Assembly (NCBI GenBank): GCA_030141605.1
Contig: JAQGDQ010001155.1
Location: forward strand, 1 to 59,029
Reading direction: 5' to 3'
Length of the DNA: 59,029 bases
From: Tubiluchus corallicola
Taxonomy: Eukaryota > Animalia > Priapulida
Shown here piece by piece: positions 42,501-51,500 of this stretch. Every line of letters begins with the position of its first letter. Position 1 is the first letter of the stretch. Made by a program: the position numbers and the translations under genes. The notes beneath the pieces are model-generated. The model had not been told where the DNA came from and ran no database searches. It saw nothing but the letters and a program-made list of their open reading frames with translations.

Positions 42501-45500
42501 ATAAATTTAGTATTTTTTGGACATTAATTTCCTGATAATTTGATACTAGAATATGAAAGTCCAATATAATTAGCATTTGTTTTTATAAAAAAATCAAGAA
42601 ATTGATATTTGACCAAATTTTTGGTATATTCTTCTATGAAGCATCATAACGTAGTTTTAATATGCCGACTTATGGACGGTTTTGGTTTGTAAACACACAA
42701 ATGTTATTTGTTTACAGGTGAGTTGATTAAAATGTTACAAGCACAAGTTGAGAGTACTCAGCTTGAGCTGGAACGACTACGGAGCGCGACGTCTCACGAT
42801 GAACTCAACGACTGTGAGAAAACTGCCTTACTCAACAGACTTTCTCTAGAGAAAGAGCATGCAGTGAACGAGGTAATAATTGAATGTATCTACTGCAGGC
42901 ACTAGAATTTTATATGGCGACTGCATTTGATCTGCAACTTTGAATTTCGTTTTCACGGTATCTATAACGCTACATTTATCTAAAGTGAATGATTCATCAC
43001 AAAAACTAGATTGTACTGTGGGCAAGAAAATAGGGAGGAGAGCTGGTACCGAATTAAAGTTTGCCTACACTTAATAAGCCTGTTAGCTTTTACAATCAAA
43101 GAACCGAACAACACAATCATTAACAAGTCACGAGGAATTATATTATAATAACTACACTAGCAGGTACAATCACAGAATCAAATAACATAATTATTATCAA
43201 TACTAAAATACCACTATACTAAAACTCAGCGGTACAATTAGCCTGACTAGCCCACAGGTCTAAATGTTCAAGGTAGACCTGTCTTACACAGCTTAAATAC
43301 AGAAAACTAGAACACTATTAGTGTAAAAGGTCATTCAGAAGCAAATAAGTACAGTAAGATTAGAGGGAAATCTAAGCTATTTTAATGTTATAACAAGCCT
43401 AACAATGGAGGGAATGAGATGAAAAAATTATGAAAGAGAGATGAGCAAGAAGACAAACAATGTAATATTTACAAGTCAAGTTAATCAAACGCGAAGTAAT
43501 TATGAGACGAACTTCGCGACATGTACAACACTTAGTAAAGCTTCTGTGGTGTGATTCACAGTTGTTTACTAAGTTGATTACTTAGTTGTCTTATTGCCTG
43601 ATCTATGCACTGACAGTAGCATCCATGACACTTAAAACAGTATACTAGTATTGAAAACCACAATTTCAACACGCTGAATACATTTTTCAACTATTAAAAT
43701 TTTTTATCTAGATTTCACACCTCCGCGGTTGTGCAAAATGATTTTTTATCCAAATCTTAACTTTTTAGGTCCGAGCAGAAGCAGAACATTGGAGCAAAAA
43801 ATTTGAAGTAGCGGATGCTGCTAGAGAGAAAGCGGAAGACACGGTAACATCGTTGTGGTCACAGCTGATTGAGCTCCAGTCTACTGTTGGCAAATACAAG
43901 GAATTGTGCGGAGACCACAATGTCCTGAAAGAGGAGGTAAAAGTGTTTATGATTATCTCTGCTAAAGAGGCTTCCTTGCTGTTTGTTTGTTTATTAACAA
44001 GGTAACAATTACTTTCAACATAGTTTTTGAAGGAATTTACAAGCCTCCACACATTTTAAATGCCCTAATCCTAACCTAACCCTAATTCTAACCTAACCCT
44101 AATCCTAACCTAGCCCTAATCTGCTTCACAAACTAATTGCTTGTGTGTGGAGAATTGCAAACTTTAGTTTAGCTTTTTTACAAGGGTGGAGAATGGGACA
44201 GGGATCTCCTTCAAACAGTTTTTACAGGGGCGGGATCATGGATCCCCTTCAATTTTGGCAAAGGTCGATTGAAAGTTTGGAGGAAGAAAATCAATGTTTA
44301 TTGATATATTAGAATCAATATTCTGTGATTAACTATAGGCTTATATTGGAAAAGTAATGTGTCACAGAGCACTGCTGAGAAATTGCAAAACTGATTTTAG
44401 CTGTTGCGGAGTAGGAGGTACCTAATGAGTATGGTTGTGGCAGGGCCAAAACTTTGCTCATGATAAGTTGAGGCATTGAACCAGCAGAGGTAAAGAGCCA
44501 GAATCAGCTCAGCAAATGAAACTGCTAGAGCATGTTTAGAACCCGCAAGTCACCCATTCATTTACTAACTACCTTTGACTTGCTTAACTTTAGTTGCTAA
44601 GCAGCCACTGTGATCTCTAGGCCATTTCTGTTATCAAATGTAGAGATGCACAAAACTCATCGTTAATAACTTCTGTTCTGTTTATGACCCACGGAGACAT
44701 TTTCCATAATTCCTGAGGAGGTATCCGTAAAGAGGAAATTAAATTTGAAACGTTTTCAGCTGCATGAACAGTCGCTGAGGAACTCTCTTGCCTCGGAGGA
44801 TATTCAGCAGCTGGAACAGACGAGCGGAGATCTACGTCAGCGATTACAGCAAGCTGAGGTTGCTCTTGATGAAGCTGACAAAGTGGCCAAAAAACTGGCC
44901 GGAGTCGAATCCCAACTAGTCGAAAAGGTACAGTTTTATTTAAAGAAATCCATGCCAATGGCTACACAGAGTTTTTAAATTCGGGTAAACATATAGTGGG
45001 TTACCAGGAAAAATATGCGTGTGCTTGCATAGCAACATCGTCTATAAATCAGCACTTAAGCTTTTCTAGTTATTCACATATCCTGAATCTCCATTTCATG
45101 AGGATCATTTTGATACCAAGTTCATCGCTCTAGGTTATTTCTAAGCTGAGATATCCACATTGAAGCTGAGGTGCAGGCTGCGCACTGAAAAACATAATCT
45201 TGAGAAAATGGCTGTTAGAGTCAGCCATTGTCAACTGCGCAAAAGATTAGATTTTTAGTATTTTTTGCAGACAAAGTTAGAAAAGACAATGGAATCTGAG
45301 ATTGAGCAGCTGAGGAAGAGTTTGCAAGCTAACGAGGAACTAACCTGCAAATATGAACAAGTGAAATCAGATTACGACGCCATGAAGAGCACGGTTAGAT
45401 TTGATTAATTTACGCGTGCTGCCATCTGTTACAGTTTTGCATTACTGACAATAACTATATGTCCAGGAATTAACATTCTCTGGCATTCGATTTGAAATGA

Positions 45501-48500
45501 ATGCGACTTTCAAATTCAAATCAAACGATATTTTAGCATTTTTTTAATCCAAATCGAATGAAATTCGGTTTTAGAGATTTTCCAGTAAATTTTCACTTCA
45601 CTAATAAAGAAGTGTTTCGCAAAGATCTTCCATATTTCTTCATTTTTATTCTGCTGTAAAAACACTTGTAATTTGTTTAAAAATTCGGCACAGAAATCGC
45701 AGTTAAATTGTGCCGATTGCATGATGTTTTAAACCAGGGGTGTGCAAATTGCGGCCCGCCGAGAGAATTTGTGCGGCCCGCGAAGAGATTTGTCAACCTA
45801 ATGAAAGTGAGGCCCTGGCGATTAATTGAGTGTATCCAGCTGAAGTCCGTGCCACGATCCCAAAGATAGTGCAGGTAGTTTTTTCTACTAGATCGGATGC
45901 CATTAACCCTTACAAGACGGTTGTAGCTTAATGTCACCGTACTACACAGACACATTACTAATATGCATTGTAATGAACAGACTGTGTGATACACATTACT
46001 AATATGCATTGTAATGAAATTACCAGTATCTGTCCTGAAAGTAGAAATACATGGTTTGTAATATAAATTTTAATAACTTCTAAAATAGTTTCTTGAGTGT
46101 AGTAGTAATGATGTACGCAGGTCGGATGCAAAAAAATCGCTATTAGGCCCTTCTGTACTTGGCTCCTTGATCAAAGTGCCTGTGACCTGCAGGAATTGCG
46201 GGAAAGTTTAATGTGGCCCGGCTAGTCAGATAATTTGCACATCCCTGTTTTAAATGTTGGAATGATGAGTTACTCGAATCCATAATTTTAGATTTGAATC
46301 GATTTTGAACTAAAAAACTCTTTTGAATCGGATTCGAATGCTCGATGCTCCCCCTGTACCATCCAGTGACATAACCCGTGAGATTGTTGATTTGTTGTTT
46401 GAAATTTTTCAGAATGCCGAAGCACACGATAAGTTGGATTCCGCAGAAACTGCCATCGCTCCACTGAGAGCCAAGGTGGCAAGATTGGCACAGAACTGCC
46501 TCCAAAAAGATGCTATTATTTACAAATTGGTGACAGAGGTAATACAAAGTGTAACGTCTTGGCAACATTTGTAACTTTGTTAGAAACTTTAAAGAACATT
46601 TAACATAAATCTTTCTTGCTTATTAATCCGTTTATTCACAAAGACTGCTGCCATCATAAGTCTAGAGGATGTAATGCCTCGTGGCTTGCCCGCTAAAAAC
46701 AGTGAGGGGAAACCTTAGTGAGCACAAACATTAAAATGTAAACCATAGATAAGAACATGTCACACAAAGATGTTTCTTTTACACGTGTTTACAAAGCAAG
46801 AATATGATGCTTAAAATTTATAATGAATTTGTAAAAAACATGTTTTCAATGTAGCAATGTTTGATTATTAAGATAATTGAAAACAGATATAAATATCATA
46901 TATTACCAGAGTTGAATATCGAAGCTTAGTTGATAAGTACTCTGCCCAGTGTAAGAGTAATCACATCTGTGACAAATAACATTGCCAGATTAGAAAATTA
47001 GAAATACGGGACAATCTTTTTATATATTACTATATGAATATATTTATACATGCAGACACACCCAGACGAATATATTATATAAAAGTAGAGACACAGGTTA
47101 AAAACATAAAGCAAGTTTCACACATGTAGAAAACATGCCAATTTTGTTTACACTTCTAGCATCACTAATTTCCTCACTACATTTGGGTTATTTTCATGAA
47201 AAAAATCTGAGAAAAGAAAGTCTAATTACTTAGAAAGTTACAACTAAAAACCGTAAGAAGGTAATAAAAATATATTTTTATTACAAAATTCGATAATGAA
47301 CTAAACACGGGTTCCTGGTGTCCCTGAAAGGCCAGTACAGGACACGGGACAAAATTATGAAATATGTGACGTGTTCCATATATAACGGACGTCTGACGGC
47401 CCTGGTGACAAATGAATACAGACGTAACATGAACTGACTACAGCGACTTCAAAATACTTCTCTTTTTCTTCACAATGCAGTACAGAAGTTATTACGATCC
47501 TGCTAGTTTATCTGTCATTATTACCCCTCCATACCTCCCCTTTTAATGTGGTATCTCATTCTAATTTCACAGGTGCAGCAGTTTCACAAAGGCAATTCAA
47601 ATGATGTACTGCGCGAAATTGAACAGAACCTGTTAAACTGTGATAGAGAGGATTATATGAGGCCATTCTCAAATGTGAATGTTGTGCCAAAGGTAAGAAA
47701 CTTGAACAATTTATGTTTTAACTTATTAAAACAAACTGTATTTGTAGTAGAAGATAAACTATTGGAAGCTCAAAATTTAATTAGGATAAATGCCCCTTAA
47801 TGTGGATGTTGTGGTGGGACTGATACCTATCTCATTATAATGCATTTTTGGGTTTTGCCGATAGTCACAGAAAATCCCGCGACTGGTTATTTTGCAGTTT
47901 ACATTTTCATACTTTTACATCGTGTCTCTGCTGAACTTCTTTCTAATTCATTTCTTTTCTCTTTTTCTCTATCTCTGGCTATTATTTTATCTTAACTACT
48001 CCCTGTTTTTCTATAATTCTCTCTCTTGTAAATTAAGTGGTTTTTTTCCACTTTTCATGGTGATCTTACAAGTTTTGCTTCTTGACCACCAGGCAGCATT
48101 TATTTCTTGTTGACAAACTATTATGTAGTTTAGTAACTAGGTTAATACACATCTGTTAAATTTTTGTAATTATATTTGGAATTTTTTCCCTAACTATACC
48201 ATGCTATAGTATACTAATGTAGTTCTGTTACAATTATTGTAACTATATTTCATTTTCTATTTATAGGGCATAATAGTTAAAGATAATAATGCAAATTGTA
48301 ATGTAAAAATACATGCTGAAGTGATAATAAATTGCAATTACAATTACAATTACAATTATTAAGGTTAGTTTTTAAAGATGAGACACTGAACCATCAGAGG
48401 CATCTTTGTCATGTTCTCGTACAAATGCTTGCTCCATGAACCAGGTAAACATCAGAATCATTATGAAGATGAGATCATTCCGGTGGTCACCCATTCCTTC

Positions 48501-51500
48501 GTCGACCAGCATTGCCATTGCTGAACTGTAATTCCCCTTTCTACTTTTCTTGTGTATTTAGACTATTGGTTACCGATATTGTTTTTTAATTTGGACTAAC
48601 TCTTTACATCTTTGTATGTGACGTATTATTAATATGCTTTATCCCTGTTAGTAAATAAATTCAATTCAATTCAAATTTCTTGTGTACATTTTTCTAGATG
48701 CTCTCGGGAGCGCGTTTTCGAAGCCCTTCTCCGGCTGACAGTATCACCTCTAACACGACAGACCAGGAGAAGCTGCTTGACCACAGAGCCAAAGCGTTTG
48801 CGCACTTGTCCAGACGAGGCGAGTTCGACGCTTTCACTTATATATCGTCTCTATCCTCGTCGCCGTTTAAACAACTGAGTCTGCCTTCGGGATTAGATAA
48901 AATTGGATTGAAAGATTGTCATACGAAGCACGGAGAAGAGAATTGTAACAATGCACCAAGTTGCGCTGCGCTCCCAAAAACTTCAAGCGGTACAGCTAAC
49001 ATTGCTTTCTGTGCGGTCAGCGATTACGATCCTACAAAATTGTCCCGTAGCAAACATCCGCACTTAGAAATTCCTCTTACGAAAGGAGAAAATGTGCAGA
49101 TAGTAGGACCAATGGACTCTAACGGGTACCTCATGGCCATTGCTAATGGAAAGACAGGTCTCGTACCGGGGAATTATTTGATTCCCATTAGAGATGGTGC
49201 AAGGGTGCAGGACAATTCGGGGTCTAACAGTGCAAACGTAAAACCAGCCGGCAGCGAAACGGAATCTCAATCGACGAAGAACGAAATGTCGTTCCAAAAG
49301 ACGGATTCTGGATACGCAGGTAGTCAGAGCAGCTCGGTGCCTGTGGTACTCCCTCCAAGTAATCTGAGAATTGAGAAGGTAATTGATGGTGGTGCAAAGG
49401 ACAGAAAGAATCTTTTAGTGAGTTGGAATCCACCGGAAGATGTCGAGGATGTAGTCGAATATAAGGTAGAGATGTAACTGTTTATGTTAAACTGATCTTT
49501 AATCGTGTGCTTGCATATCAACATTGTCCATAAGTCGGCAATTAAGCTTTTCTGGTTACTCACATATCCTGAATCTCCATTTCACGAGGATCATTTTGAT
49601 ACCAAGTTCATCACTCTATGTTATTTGTAAGCTGAGATAATCCACGTTGAAGTTGAGATGCAGGCTACGCAGTGAAAAACATAATCTTAAAAAAATCGCT
49701 GTTAAAGTTGGCCATTGTTTTTGTTGTGTTTCTACAAAACACTTAGCAACCTCACAAATGTTGTTTGCTACGGTCTTTACAAGAGCACATTGAAGTTATG
49801 TTTAAATCCAGTAGATGATGAAGATCTGGGCTTGGCAACAGAAAAAACCCGAAGCAAAATGACTGCTTTCAGGAGCTACTACTGGTGCTTGAAAATACAA
49901 GTTTTTTTTACAATTTGAGTACTAATTTCTAAACAGAAAAGTGGATAAGGAGTTATAGAATTTAATTTTTAGTGTTTTTTGAAGACTTTCTTGATAATTT
50001 GATGCTAAAATATAAATAAAAATCCAATAAGTTTAGCGTTAGTTTTTATGAAATACGGAAAATTTGACCAAATAATTGGATCATTCTACTTTGAAGCATC
50101 ATAACATAATTTTAACTTCGGCGACTTATGGACGGTTTTGGTTTGCAAGCACCCGATGAGTCACTTTTTTATTATTTTTATGTGATTTTTCCGAGTTGAT
50201 ACATGGCGAATACGTAAAACTCGTTTGTTTGTTTTCAAAATTGCTTGTGTGGCTCACAATGCTTTGTTTAACAATTGCAATTATTGATAAAGCAAATTAC
50301 TTTCATTTAAAGTACTAGAATGTACTTTAGTACTGTGTTGCCACCTGTCTGTGTTAAATGGCCATTTCTCATTTCAGATATTTGTTAACGGTAAACATCA
50401 TCAGACGCTGTGTGGGAACAACGCCCGTCGAGCGTTAATTAAAGGGTTAGATGTCAGTCAGTGTCAGCACATCATACTGTACGCACTGTCAGCTGATGGG
50501 AAGATGTCCCTCGGGACAGACGTCGTCTTTAACGGAATACCAAAACAACAGTCTTCTTCTTCTGCCGATAACAAAGAGGATAAGTGGGAAAAACTGGAAA
50601 AGACTTTGGTAAGTATTGATTTTTTTCTACATTGTTGAAGCCATTGTTAACACCTTTTGTGAATATATGTGTGTGCTTTACTCATGTCTTTAGATTATTC
50701 ATCTCTGGATATTTTGCTCATGATATTCGGTGTTGTATCTTTTTCTGTGTAGAAATTTGGCAAATTTGTCAGTATAAATACAGTGTTCCCTCTCTACTTT
50801 GCTGTTCGTTTATCGCGGACTCACTGTTTCGCGGGTTTTCAAAAATATTAATGTAAAATATTTATTGCGGTATTTTCGCTGTTTTCTTGGGTTTTTGTTG
50901 TACTCCGTGTAAAGTATTTTTGCACGTGCGTAGTGCGTATTGTACAGTAATGTACAGATTTGTTGAATTTTGCATAAAAAAATCACAAAATGTATAAAAA
51001 TATATTAAAAATATTAATTCTAACATTAAAAGAATATTATGAATGATAAAAAATTACCAGTTACAGTAAATAATGTATTTATTTGGCGGATGAATACACT
51101 CCAAAAACGAAATGTAGTACTTTTGCCCGCTGGAGATGCTACTTGCCGATGTGAGATTGTAAGAGTTTAAAACATTTTTATGAACATTTAAGTAACTTAA
51201 ACTTTTTAAAAGGTACATGTACAGTATGGGAAAAGTTATTTTATGAATGTGAAAGGGTTATGTACAAGAGTGTGGGGAGGGTTTATAAAGACTTAAAATA
51301 ATGTATGACTACTACAATAAGTATAGGGTCCCTACTTAGCGGAAATTCACCTATCGCAGTTGGGTCTGGAATGGAACACCCGCGAAGTGAGGGAATGCTG
51401 TATTTGCTAACTTTATTACTGGTTATGTTTTTGTAGATATTAGTCCAATGCAAGTGGAAGTCTTTATTTGCATTGGGGGGAGGGGGGGGGGGGTTGTGCT

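Noticed and set aside
51437-51460. Micro-exon before the last SH3
   Set aside because: Acceptor-like sequence but no good donor, and exons 23 and 24 already join in phase
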